DNA of 63,958 bases, counting the filler, from Octopus bimaculoides (taxonomy: Eukaryota), in assembly GCF_001194135.2 (NCBI RefSeq). It is 4 parts of 4 records of this genome, joined end to end, with 100 filler letters (N's around TTAATTAATTAA, not from the genome) between each part and the next. Parts side by side here need not be neighbours in the genome. Positions count along the whole stretch, not along the records: positions 1 to 22,238 come from NC_068982.1; positions 22,339 to 32,259 come from NC_068986.1; 2 more parts are not named here. One strand, given 5' to 3'. Under the pieces are notes generated by a model, which did not search any database, was not told the DNA's origin, and saw only the letters and a program-made list of their open reading frames with translations. Shown in pieces: positions 14,911 to 27,471 of this stretch. Position numbers and translations under genes: made by a program. Position 1 is the stretch's first letter. Each line of letters begins with the position of its first letter.

Positions 14911-15410
14911 TAAATATTTCGTAAAGGTCCCGTTCGTAGCTCGGTGTGAAATAATTTTTTCCACGGGTGTTTTCGAGTGCATTCAACGTTTCTGATCGCT
15001 AAACCCACCGCAAGCCACTTTTTCCGAAAAAGAAAGAGAGCGGGGTGGAGACCTTGGAATTTTCCGGGCAACTCGGAGTTTTCCACCAATGGAATTTTGT
15101 CTCGTGGGTTTTTCTTTTTCTTTTCCAGATCATTTCGCATACTTTCAACGAATGCGACATCGAAATCACGCGTAAACGGCTCCTTTCCCCAGAACAGGAA
15201 AGACTAGGCTGCTATTTCTTGCACGCCCTGCAACCGTGTAACAGCTATTTCGAGTCCTTTATCGCAGTTAGCTGTTACGTGGTAGCAGGGCGTGCTAGAA
15301 ATAGTAGCCAAAATTTTGGAGGTGTGATACGTTGAATGCACTCGATAAAACCTATGGAAAAAAATTTATTTCACACCGAGGTTACGAATGAGTCATTTAC
15401 AAAATTTTTA
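14911..15410. mobile_element. MITE-like element with ~80-bp terminal inverted repeats and an internal hairpin
   Basis: 14911-14992 is the reverse complement of 15326-15410 with scattered mismatches; no convincing TSD. Confidence 0.7.
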
Positions 15411-16199
15411 AAGTCATTTTCACTTTAAAATATTTTAAAAATATGTCCCCAAAAATTGGTGTGATGGTATTCACTTGAAAANNNNNNNNNNTATATATAT
15501 ATATATATACATGATAGATCGCAAGCTACTACACATTCCTTATTTTCTCTCCCTGTTTCTTTCTGTGTTCCTTTCTGTGGAAGAGCGTAGGTTTGACTTT
15601 TGGCCAACCCTGTATATTCCTGCATATGTGTGCGCGTGCACATGTGCACGTTTGTGCATATAAAAGGAAGCGATAAATAGTATCTAACTTAAACTTTACA
15701 ATTTAGCTACTTATTCTTATGTATTATATCATTTAATTAATATAACTTTTGCTTATATCATCAACACCATATACATACATGCATACATATACAAATACAT
15801 AACACACGCACAACACGTATAGCACATACACATACATATGTATATATACAGACATGTGTGTACGTGTGTGTATGTTTGTACACGAGTGTGCCAGTTGGTC
15901 GATCATTGATATTGCATACTCATTGTTTTCTAGCGCCAGTGATTGATTATTCCGTAAACACTTGTATACTGAATATATTCCTCAGGCAAAACTTTGTGTG
16001 ACACTTTGTGACATGGCTGACATCTCGAATTATAGATTACTGTCCATCTATTATATATATTAATGTTACATGTTGACAGACGATTTTCTATGTTGTTGTT
16101 CTGCCTCCGAGAAATATCATCTGAAATCTTCGCAAATCAGTACAGGGCACATTATGTAATGAAATGCTAGATACACTTTATTTGACGATAAAAAAGAGC

Positions 16200-16370
16200 A
16201 GATATTTCGTCTGTCTTTACGTTCTGAGTTAAAATTCCGCTGAGTTCGACTTTGCCTTTCATTCTTTCGGGGTCAAAATATTAACTACCAGTTGCGTACT
16301 GAGGTTGATCTAATCGACTGCTCCCCCCCCCCCCAAATTTCGGGCCTTGTGCCTAGAGTAGAAAAAAATA
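16200..16370 (+). mobile_element. SINE B
   Basis: TTACGTTCTGAGTTAAAATTCC B-box-like region, family body, A-rich tail. Confidence 0.8.
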
Positions 16371-16439
16371 AAAAAGAGTAGAACTTCATAATTGGAATGC
16401 ATTCGATCTCAGCCAGCTCGCCGCCTTAATGATGGACTC

Positions 16440-16712
16440 TCTCGTCGAAGACGACTATTGAGCGTTCAGCTTTTGCCAAACAACCTGCAGAAATGATTTG
16501 TTTATAGTGATCAAATGTTCGTGCCGTACATTAGATCACTCACTCTATCAAATCGACGATGTCTGAACAACACGTCAGGTGTCGAAGAGATCTCAAAGTA
16601 ACGTGAGACGAAGTATTTTGTTCAAGAACACAACACACTGCTCGATCTAGGAATTGAAACCGCTTTCATGCGATCATGTGTGCAACACCCTGACCACTAT
16701 GCCATACGTCCT
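16440..16712 (-). mobile_element. SINE family C-type head with a distinct body (second copy 53590-53890)
   Basis: Shared TATAGTGATCAAAT...GTACATTAG...ACACGTCAG...CAAGAACACAA. Confidence 0.65.
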
Positions 16713-16726
16713 TACCACGCGTCCTT

Positions 16727-16759
<33 letters not shown>

Positions 16760-16802
16760 CAACAACAACAACAACAGCAACAACAACAACAACAACAACA
16801 AC

Positions 16803-16867
<65 letters not shown>

Positions 16868-16878
16868 TAATAATAAAT

Positions 16879-17426
16879 GCCCTGATGCAGTACCAGTCAC
16901 TGGCTCACATGGCTCCTGATCTTAACTGGTTGGAAGTGTTATCATGTACATGTTTTGTCTTGGTATAAAAGATGAGCTTCAGCAAATATCCTGCTCAATA
17001 CCACAGATTTGCTTGTCAATTGTTTGACCATAACTACTTGAGCATGTCCCTTGGTGGTTAACGATATGTGCATCTTTGATTACGAGCAGAAGTAGTGGGA
17101 GAGCTTCATAGCTATGTGTTTTTTTTTGGGGGGGGGTTGAATAATTCATCTCTGGAGACAGGTGTTTCGATTAACATCCTTAAACAACCCTTATTCGGGG
17201 ATCTTTTGAAAAGTATGGGCTACTTGACCTGAAGAAAATTCTAACTAAGCCCCATCTGCAAGATCATGCGCTGTTTATCTTGATATGAGATCACTATGTT
17301 GCGCACATATGGTTGTGATGCATGCGCCTGGTGTATCCTTATCAGAGGAGTAGTCATGATGGGTATACTGGGCTTCGTATACTTTACCCAAGTGTCACTC
17401 TGATGGCATGCGCTGCTCTCTCACTC
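16879..17426 (+). mobile_element. ~550-bp interspersed element flanked on both sides by (AAT)n
   Basis: Begins GCCCTGATGCAGTACC, ends GCTCTCTCACTC; near-colinear copy at 42985-43526 and 3' copy at 57172-57387. Confidence 0.85.
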
Positions 17427-17446
17427 AATGAAAATAACAATAATAA

Positions 17447-17820
17447 GTGCGAAACTCCTGAGAGACTTAAAAACCCAGACAGATTAAATTTTTGAACATA
17501 CTAAGCCAGGCATAACTTTGGTGGAGAAAGATTCTGTAAGAAGATATTTGTTGATCGATTTGCTTGCCTAGAAAATCATAGTATCAATGATAAAGAAACC
17601 GAGGAATTGTTAAATATCCAGACTTGAGAATAGATGTCGAGAGAATGTGGAATTTGAAAACAAGAAGAATACCAATTGTGACTGGAACACTTGGGTCAGT
17701 GTCGAAAAAGCATTCAGAAACACCTTGACACAATTGGAATCGGTCCCAGCATTAGAACATTGTAAAAGTTAACACTTTTTGAGTGCAGAAAATATCCTGC
17801 AGAAAGTACTGTCTACTTGA
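17447..17820 (+). pseudogene. 5'-truncated restriction-like endonuclease C-terminus of an R4/Dong-like non-LTR retrotransposon
   Basis: Across stops and frameshifts: KLLRDLKTQTD*IFEHTKPGITLVEKD..YLLID..KYPDLRIDVERMWNLKTRRIPIVTGTLGSVSK..LSAENILQKVLST*, resembling the KPD..ID..KY.DL..MW..PIV.G.LG RLE signature. Confidence 0.8.
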
Positions 17821-18646
17821 GGGTACATAACTTGATAGGAAGTTAATTAAACTATCCAAAGTTACAACTGTTCAAATGAAGAAATAATCCTTTCTACTAT
17901 AGGCACAAAGCCGGAAATTTTGCGGGAAGGGACTAGTCGATTACATCGACCCCAGTACTCAACTGGTAATTAATTTATCGACGTCGAAGGGATGAAAGGC
18001 AAAGTCCAAATAATAATAATTAATTTTTATATTAGATATAAGGCCAGCAATTTGATAGAAGGTGAACAGCCGAATATAGCACGTGACTTCAGTACGTGAA
18101 TGGTAGTTTATTTAAAAAATAAAGAAAAACGCTCGTTTTCGCTGGTTATGAACAAGTTTCCAAATATGAAAAGAAAAAAAAATAGCAAAACAAAAATAAA
18201 AAAGGGAAGAAGTATTGTTTTTAAAATCGCGAATCAAAATTGAATAAAAAGTATTTGGTATTTTAAGGCTGACATTCAGTGTTAATAATTGATATTTCCT
18301 TAGAGAGATGTCTAATTTGTTCTTGTTTGTAATCTTTATTAATTACACACGTCGAATTCATTAGTGAAAGTTATTTTTGTAAAAGTGAATGTTGTTGGAG
18401 TTAATCTATGAATGTTAAAGTGTAGAATCGACGACGAGGAAGTGGAAAATATCGGCGATTGAAACGTGTCATACAACAGAAATTTGTTCTGGAGTTTTCT
18501 AGGCTTAGCACGTCCCAAATGCAATCTATCTATCTATATATCTATCTGTAGAGATCTATGTATGCATATATNNNNNNNNNNNNNNNNNNNNNNNNNNNNN
18601 NNNNNNNNNNNNNNNNNNNATATATATATATATATATATATATATA

Positions 18647-19542
18647 CGTAGTCTGATCAAGAAGTATCTGCACTGTTGCCATAATGACGAAGCTAAAGCA
18701 CACAGGGTGAAGCTGCTTAGCTCAGATTGACCTTGAACTCTGCTGTGTATGCGCACTAAATTTTAATGTTTTAGCTCACTTCTGCTGTTTACAGTAGTGC
18801 TTGGAAAGAAGGTGTGTAGCGCGTGATCGTCGCATTGACCATGACAAAAAATTGAGCTGAGAATCTGCATCAGATTTTGCCAAAAGTTTAGTGATACCTG
18901 TTCAGAGCCCTACCCAAAGTTTTCAACGAGTTTTCATCGTTCTTGACACAATCAAGAACATCTTGTACAACTGAAACCCGAGTATCTTTTTGGTCAGCTG
19001 AAAGCACTTTGAGCACAAACCTGGCAGATACACGTTGCATACCCAAATCTTCGGTGATAATGAACTGAACTGAACCGTAACTAATCTGCACATCCTCTGA
19101 TAAACTCACAGATAGTGAGTCGACGATTTCTCCTCACAGTTGCACACACATCAACGATGTTTTTCTCAGTTTTGCTGGTTGCGAATCTCCCAGAACGTTC
19201 GTCAATATCGACATATTTTCGGCCATCTTGGAAACGTCTGAACCACTCGTACACTTGTGTCCGGCTTATACACTTCTCTCCATACACTCTCTGCAACTTT
19301 GTGTAGGCCTCCGAGCAGTTGTCGCTATGACAATTTTCTTTTGTCATGGTCAATGTGACAACCACACGCTGCACACCTTCCTTCAAAGCACTGCTGCAAA
19401 CAGCAGAAGTGGGCTAGAACGTTAAAACTTAGTGCGCATGCAGAGTAGTGTTCAAGGTCAATTTTTGCCAAGCAGCTTCACTCTGCATACTTTAGCTTCG
19501 TTACTATGGCAACAGTACTGATACTTATTGGATCAGACCTCG
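18647..19542 (-). mobile_element. Defective Tc1/mariner element made of two inverted 5' ends; N-terminal transposase relic
   Basis: TA target duplications at 18645-46 and 19543-44; termini CGTAGTCTGATC/CGAGGTCTGATC; minus strand encodes HTH region EAYTKLQRVYGE..RTQVYEWFRRF..DERSGR and ..RVSARFV..; catalytic domain absent. Confidence 0.9.
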
Positions 19543-19547
19543 TATAT

Positions 19548-19626
<79 letters not shown>

Positions 19627-19774
19627 GATATACACACATACACACACGCATACANNNNNNNNNNNNNNNNNNNNNNNNNNNNNNNNNNNNNNNNNNNNNN
19701 NNNNNNNNNNNNNNNNNNNNNNNNNNNNNNNNNNNNNNNNNNNNNNNNNNNNNNNNNNNNNNNNNNNNNNNNNN

Positions 19775-19847
<73 letters not shown>

Positions 19848-20430
19848 GATATACACACATACACACACGCATACACGTATTCTATTTAAAAATTTTAACT
19901 GTTTGTGCCGTAGTTAAGAGTGTTTTGGTTTTAATGTCCTTATAGTTAAAGCTTTCTTACTACTTACATTATCACATGCAGGAACGCGATGAGCTGACAA
20001 AACCGACTTACCCCTTCCCCGAACTTGCTGGCCTTGTGCCAAAATTCAACACCAATATTATTATAAGCCGGGTGAAGTATGGGTATAATCATAATATGGT
20101 ACACACACAATTACCTCCGTCTCTAGACGCTGCCGCCAAATCTATACATTAAGCAGGAAAAATATCTCTTTTACTGAGAGGAAAGGTCTATTCAACACCA
20201 CAAGCTGATGTGGGAACCATATTAATATCTACATATAATATGTGAAGTTGATCAGAAATGAAAGTATCTTGGACAACATGGCAGTAGTTGTGGTTTGTAG
20301 ATCTGCTTTCTACAAACAGGACGTGAGAGGTTAACCGACAAGTAATCGTCGTCCTAATACTGATCTTACGTTTTATGAAAACCAAAGAGAATATTTACAA
20401 AGAAAATTTTTTTAGCTCTAACTATCCTAA

Positions 20431-20776
20431 GACACGTGGCCCTGTGGTTAGGGTGTTGCACGCACGATCGCAAAATCTTGTTTTGATTCTCGAATCTGGC
20501 AATGTGTCTCTAATTATGCGAGGTCACTTGGCCCCGTAGTTAGGGTGCTGCATACACGATCGCAAAATCGTGGCTCTAAATCTCGAATCCGATGGTGCGT
20601 TGTGTTCTAGAGCAAAACACCTCCTTTCACATTGTTCCATTTCTCACAGTCATAAACGAGCAACCTTCGACGAAAGGGCATTCCTTTTAAAGTAAATGTT
20701 GTGATCTCAGTCGCTTATAGACCAAGGAAACCAGGTAACCGGCTCTTTGGGATCAAAGATTCGAGGGAGTAATGTC
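20431..20776 (+). mobile_element. SINE family C (V-domain-like body) with duplicated tRNA head and 12-bp TSD
   Basis: Heads at 20431 and ~20524; CTCTAACTATCC at 20416-20427 and 20777-20788. Confidence 0.75.
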
Positions 20777-21011
20777 CTCTAACTATCCAAACAAAATTCT
20801 CAGTCAAAGATCGAAGAATTTATTAAAAATAATAGATGCTACTTTATAAATTTAAAAGTCTTTGTAGCATATTACTTCGATTGAACAACAGAATAATTAG
20901 AAATTGTTAATTAGATGCTAAATTGATGATACGTTATTAAATGTATGTCAATCCTAAAATGACTTTCGGACGAAATATGACGAACAACTTCTCTTTTAGT
21001 TTTTCTTTTAT

Positions 21012-21408
21012 CATTTATTTGTTTAAGTCGTTGGACTGCGGCCATGCTGGGGCACCACCCTGAAGAATCTTTAGTCGAATGAATCGACCCTAATACTTAT
21101 TTTTTTAGCCTGGTACTTATTTTATCGGACTCGTTTGCTGAACCGTTAAGTTACAGGGACATAAATACACCAACATCGATTGTCAAACGATGGCGTGGAA
21201 CAAATACAAATACAGACAGACAGACAGATAGATTGATACACACACACACATACACAGATACACACACGACGTACTTCTTTCATTTTCTGTCTACCAAATT
21301 CACTCAGAAGACTTTGCTTGGCCCCGAACTATAGCAAGGTGCCACGCAGTGGAACTAAATGCGAAACCATGTGGCTGAGAAGCAAGCTTCTTACCATACA
21401 GCCACACC
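21012..21408 (-). mobile_element. SINE A, full length, diverged
   Basis: Family consensus match along full length. Confidence 0.85.
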
Positions 21409-21975
21409 CGTAACTAAGTCCAATGGGGAGAATTCTATGCAGTGATAATTCAGCCAATATGTTGTGATGGATAAACGTAGCATGAAACAAAGCATAAACA
21501 CACTACTCCTTCAAGACTTGATTAATATAAACCGACAATCACACGGTTAACATGAGACAATCTAGGGACAAATAAAAGACAATGTCATTAACATTTGCAA
21601 TGCAGTAAGACAAGAGGATGTCTGTTACATAAAGTCAATACCGAAAACAAGTGTGACGAAAGAGCTTTAAGAGGCCATAAATAGTGTTAATGAAGCTCCG
21701 AAAGCAATAAACGAAGAGTATGAAATAAATAGCAGATATCTAAACTATTTGATCTTTGATACAATTAAATCAGTTGTGACGACATAATATATAATATCAG
21801 TGATTATCCCTCAGTCGGAAAATCGAAAATTACATGAGAAATTATATAGGTGAGCCGATATACCCAGTTGAAGAAATGAACTATTCCGAAAACTTTTATT
21901 CCAGTTATATAACCCTAGCCATCGATCATTACATGCAAACAAAATAAAGGGTCAAAGGAACCATTTTTAACTTAA

Positions 21976-22210
21976 AGCTGGGAGAATCGTTAGCACACTG
22001 CGCAAAATGCTTAGCGGCATTTCGTCCGTCTTTACGTTCTGACTTCAAATTCTACCGAGGTTGACTTTGCTTGTTATCCTTTGCTTCTTCTCCTTTTATC
22101 ATTTCGTAGGGTCGATTAAAATAAGTACCAGTTCAGCACTGCTGGTCGATGTCACTGACTTAGCCCATCCCACGAAATGCTGGCATTGAATTGAAATTTG
22201 AAATCAATAT
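21976..22210 (+). mobile_element. SINE B
   Basis: GCTGGGAGAATCGTTAGCAC head, family body. Confidence 0.8.
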
Positions 22211-22238
22211 ATTTCGTTAATATACAAATGTATATATA

Positions 22239-22338
22239 NNNNNNNNNNNNNNNNNNNNNNNNNNNNNNNNNNNNNNNNNNNNTTAATTAATTAANNNNNN
22301 NNNNNNNNNNNNNNNNNNNNNNNNNNNNNNNNNNNNNN
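22239..22338. other. In-silico scaffold join spacer (44 N + TTAATTAATTAA + 44 N)
   Basis: Identical 100-bp structure recurs at 32260 and 62857. Confidence 0.9.
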
Positions 22339-24607
22339 ATATATGCATACATGCATGCAATACATACACGCGCGCGCACACACACGTTTCATATGTATAC
22401 ATTCTCACGCACAGAGACAAGCCTTACAGTGCATTGTTGGAATTATTTTGGATTGGTGAATGATGAAGTGGAATAATGGAGTTAGCCAAGGTAAATACGA
22501 AAGTAAAATATGTTCACAGATTAGCACAAATTCTTGCAGTGTTGTCGTTGGAATTGTTCTGGCAGGATCAAAAATAGAACCTGTTTGTCTCTTTTTACTG
22601 CAATACCATCACAAAATGATTGGGACACAAATATACACGTGATGAATGACAAGTGAGATTTTGTTGAAAGCCGAAAGAATGGAGCGTGATATATATTTAT
22701 ATACATCGACATATATTATGGAAGACAAAGGTGATTGTGAAGCAGAGAATTTGTTAAGAAGATGGATTAGATTACGGTGGAAAAGTTAATTGTTAACGGA
22801 TAGAGTTGAATCTATGTAGGTACCTCGAGAATTTATATTTCTCGTAACGCTTCTCTATATATTTACCATCAAATCATTTACTACCGACATCTGCCTATCT
22901 CTCCATTTATCATTCTTTGTACACAAAGATATACAGACACATAGACCGACACACACATATATACATAATATATACGTAGATATATAGGTACATATATCTA
23001 TTTATATGTATATATACAAATATACATACATATAAATGTGTCTGTTCCTATGCATGTATGTGTTTGTGTGTGTGAATGTGTGTATTACAAGATGCCTGAA
23101 CAGATTTATCGAATTCATCAAAGTCGTATTTACAATAAGTAATAAAACGAAAAATGCAGGGCTTTTCCATGAGGCTGCTGCAAGAAAGAGAAATTGTCTC
23201 AGTATAGTCCACAATTATTATTTTATTTCCTAAATAAATACCCAAGTGTATTACATCGTCCATTGTACAATATGCTTGAAAACAAACCCGGAATGTATTG
23301 TTACTGGGAAGAAAGAACGTTGTCTCCATTCACGGAGCTTAATGACAAAAGTAGAACATGATTTAATTAAAAGAGTTACAAACATCAGTACAGACAGACT
23401 TGTTAAATGACAGAAGTAAAAACCTCAGTATTTCAAAATGAAAGTAGCTACTGCATGAAGTCAACGCCAAATGAATTCAATAAGTTAAGCAATCGAGACA
23501 AATAGAAGAAACAAACGCAAAATATTATTCGAAACCCAAAAGAGAGATCTTCGTAAAATATACAGAAATCTTCTGTATGAAAATGGCACGGATTCCATGA
23601 ACCAAGCAAAGAGCTCCATTCCAACTAACATAGTTCGATGTCGATACGCTGGTTGTCTAAAACGTGCACGGTCTTCGGATATAGTTAGGGCAACAAAGGC
23701 ATAAGTCTGCACGAGAAACGGGGCTGTGTGTATATGTAGATATAAACCCCCCCAAAAACCTGTTTCGTGTATGACAAAAATATCTATATTCGCCAGAGCA
23801 ATGACAGTATGGATAAATAAACATTAAACAGAAAAAGACAATAAATATCTTTTATATGTGAAACTTTGAGAGCGATAATTTATATTTCTAAGTTGTAGGT
23901 TCTATGCAATATGTAAGGGTTATACAGTGCAGTCATTTAAAACAAAATTATACGCAATCCGAAAGAAATGTGTTGTTACGTGTAACAGTTAAAGACGATA
24001 TTCTTCATTATTTATATTTCAATCAATATATCTTGTTTCCTTTATTACGTTAACGATAATTAAATAATGCTTCGAGACCAACTATACAAATCTCCAACGT
24101 TATTAAATGCTGTATGATAATGCACTAACAATATTTACAGATTCTTATATTGATGTTTAGTCGAAAATACATGCATCTACATTAATATCTCAATAATTTT
24201 ATGGGAGTGTTGCACAATTCCATTTATGTGGATTTATGTCGAATATGTCCATTAAGAAATGTGTTAATGGAGACATTCATTAACTGGCATATTGTCTTTA
24301 ATTCCTCAGTGAACAACATTTATGGACACCTAATAGTGCTGCTTACTGAAATGGTATGTCTGATGCGTAAATGTATCCAGTTTGCCTCTTTACAGAAAGG
24401 GTCGTATATCATTGCATTTGTATCAATTACAAATGCATAATGGATACATTCGTAAACTGACTTAATGTGTTTAGCTCAACTATTAAGTCGCTGCAAATCC
24501 TTACCTTTTTAACTGGCTTCTGAGCCACTTTATATTAATTCCGTATTGCTACACTGATTATTAATACACTACGGCCAATATTTTCATGCTAAATGGTGTC
24601 ATGCTAA

Positions 24608-24779
<172 letters not shown>

Positions 24780-26329
24780 GAGTATATTACATCGACTTCA
24801 ATATTTACGCTACATTTCCATTATTATCTTTGCATTGCCATTTTCAGAGTCACGTGAGGAATCTTGTCTTATAGAATAGGTGGAATCGTTTCTACAAAGG
24901 TTTTAAATTGCGTAGCCAGACGTGTGTAAGCAGCTTTGCCATATTGCTGTGTTTTTAAATATACTTTCTCGATGCTACTGTAGATTTTATCATTATACAA
25001 TGCAATGTATTCTTTCATCATATATATATATAACGCATGCAGCATTTATCAACGTTATTGTCCAGGTATAAATATTCTCTCTAAATATGTCGCGTTGTTT
25101 ATGTTTATGTAAAATGCAAGGATATCACTGGAGAAGTGTGCTTTATCTTTATGTACTTAGGTAGATACTAGAAAATATATTCTAGTGAATGGACACATTA
25201 AAAGCTTTGTGAGATTTGCAGCAAAAAAAAGGGAAAATAAAATGTAAATAAACAGTGTTGTACGCAAGCGCTTTCTGGAGAGAAGGAAGAATCGGTAAGT
25301 AATACTTTTACGTGACAGGTACGTTTAGAGCACAAGACAAATATATGAAGATAAACTGAGGGACTCAGCTGTTGATACATCTTAGCAAATAGAGATGTTC
25401 ACAAATCCACCAAAGTTGCATTATAATTATATGAGAAATTGAAGAATATAGGGGCCATATATACACTGTAAATTCTCCATTCTTTATGGATATATTTCGT
25501 ATTATATTCTCACTTGTATGCCATTTCTTTATTTACTGTCATATATCATTCGCTTCTAATGTAACGCATTCGTTCATTCTTCATAAACGTTCATTTCTTT
25601 TTCCAATTATACTTCCCCGTGTGTTCTATGTAACCACCATATTCCACCCCACCCCCACTTTTTTCTTCTTTTCTCTGTCAGCACGTTGCTGCCTCTCTCC
25701 TCCCACTCTTCCTCCAAACTAGTTTGTTTTCTTTCTGACATTCTTTTTCCCTTCTCTTTCCTTTCTTTCGTTATTCCTTTCTTCATAAATCGATCATTTT
25801 GTATTTCTGTCCCGGCTTTTTTCTTCGTTTCTTTCATCGTTTTGTACGACTTCCTTTCTTTTTCCTTTCCATTATTCATTCCACTCGAGTTACTAAATTC
25901 TTCCAAACTACCCATCGTCTATATCGTTCATAATCATCTCTTTATTTCTTAATTATTTTCTTCTTTATTATACTTACCCTGAGCCTACACTAAGAAATAT
26001 GTTAACACCCGCTTTGCTAGTATCCCCTGATCCACAGAGCGTCACCACGTTCCTTTGCCCGATTGTTGCTTTATAGCATATTATTTATGAGTCAGTTATG
26101 GGGGGGGGCGTCGTGACCGCCTACCAACAAGAAATAGAAGTTAAAGTCCCCGAAAGAATCTCACCGTCATAAAGGAACGATACTCTAGATATTGTAATCC
26201 TCTTTATTCAATGAAATGAACTAATAGTGGATGGTCACGCTCGGAATATATTTAATGCTATGTCATTTTGATAAAGAATGATATTAGAATGAGCAAGAAC
26301 ATTAAGAAGATTATTTGTGGCTCTATGAA

Positions 26330-26499
26330 GGCGTAGGAATGGCTGTGAAGCGCTAGGACGTTCGTCTTGCAACAATGTGGCTGCAGATTCAGTCCCACTA
26401 AATGGCACTTTGAGCATATGGCTTCTGTCATACACCCGGGCTGATTTTCGCATTGTAACTGAATTTGTTTTGAGGAAACTATGGAAACCTGTCGTATAT

Positions 26500-26547
<48 letters not shown>

Positions 26548-26770
26548 GGGGTGCAGGCACGTGTGCATCTTTTCGTCTGTGTTTGTCATTCCCCGTTGCC
26601 GCTTAGTAATTTATTGTAGATTTCCTTATATTCACGTCACTTAGTTGTTCGACAAGAGAGGGACAGAGAGAATAAATACCAGACGTATCTGCTGAAGTTG
26701 ATTTATTTGACTTCAAACCTTCAGGGTGGTGCCCCAGCATGGTCGCAATCCAATTACTGAGAAAATAAAA
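26330..26770 (+). mobile_element. Old SINE A copy
   Basis: TGGCTGTG..GATTCAGTCCCACT head, (TG)n, GGTGGTGCCCCAGCATGGTCGCA 3' end. Confidence 0.7.
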
Positions 26771-27471
26771 CATATTCCCATTTATTCAGTTCTTCTTTTC
26801 CTTCTTTACCGATGTCTCACTTACTCCCTGCTTCTATTTCTCCATCTCTATTCGTCTTTCTTTTCTTTATTTCTTTCGTCCTCTTCCACCCTAAATATGA
26901 ACAACAGCAACATCAACGCTTAAGGCCTGTCCAATAAAATGTAAGGTCAGTGTCAAATCCATCGAAGCTAAATAGAAACCATAGTATTCCGTGGTGAAAC
27001 GTAGGCTACTGAATTGCCTTCTCATATCTCTATCGGGTTTTAGCTATTGAGAAGTGGTTGTGAACATCCAATAGGAAGAAAAAAGCAGCAAAAAAATCAC
27101 GAAAGAAACCAAAAGCACCGGCAAATGCATATGAAACCCTTAAGAGACAACGTCACTCCTACTTTGCAAAGATTAATAAAGGAAAAAGAACGAAAACGGC
27201 CCGAATGGCAGAGGCCTTGACAGAAATAACCAGAAAAGCTAGAAAAACAACGAAAATAGTAACAAACCAAAGCTATGAATCTTAACCTTTAATACACAGT
27301 CAGTGAAGTATGTCACCATATGAGTGTTCTCCTTTGTTATAAGGGGGAAGTGGCAGGGGAAACAACTCTAGAGAAAAGGCAATGTGCTAAAGTGTAACAG
27401 TAAAAGCTACCACAAAATCAAGTTCAATTACCAACTGGAAAAGAAAATACGGCAATATATAGTTCTATATA

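Noticed and set aside
16879-16935. HDV-like ribozyme at the 5' end of the AAT-flanked element
   Set aside because: P3/L3-like and P2-like pairings can be drawn, but there is no room for P1.1, P4 or the catalytic C; CTGATGC is also not a hammerhead core
27070-27285. Basic open frame NRKKKAAKKSRKK...
   Set aside because: A-rich composition explains the open frame; at most a LINE linker remnant
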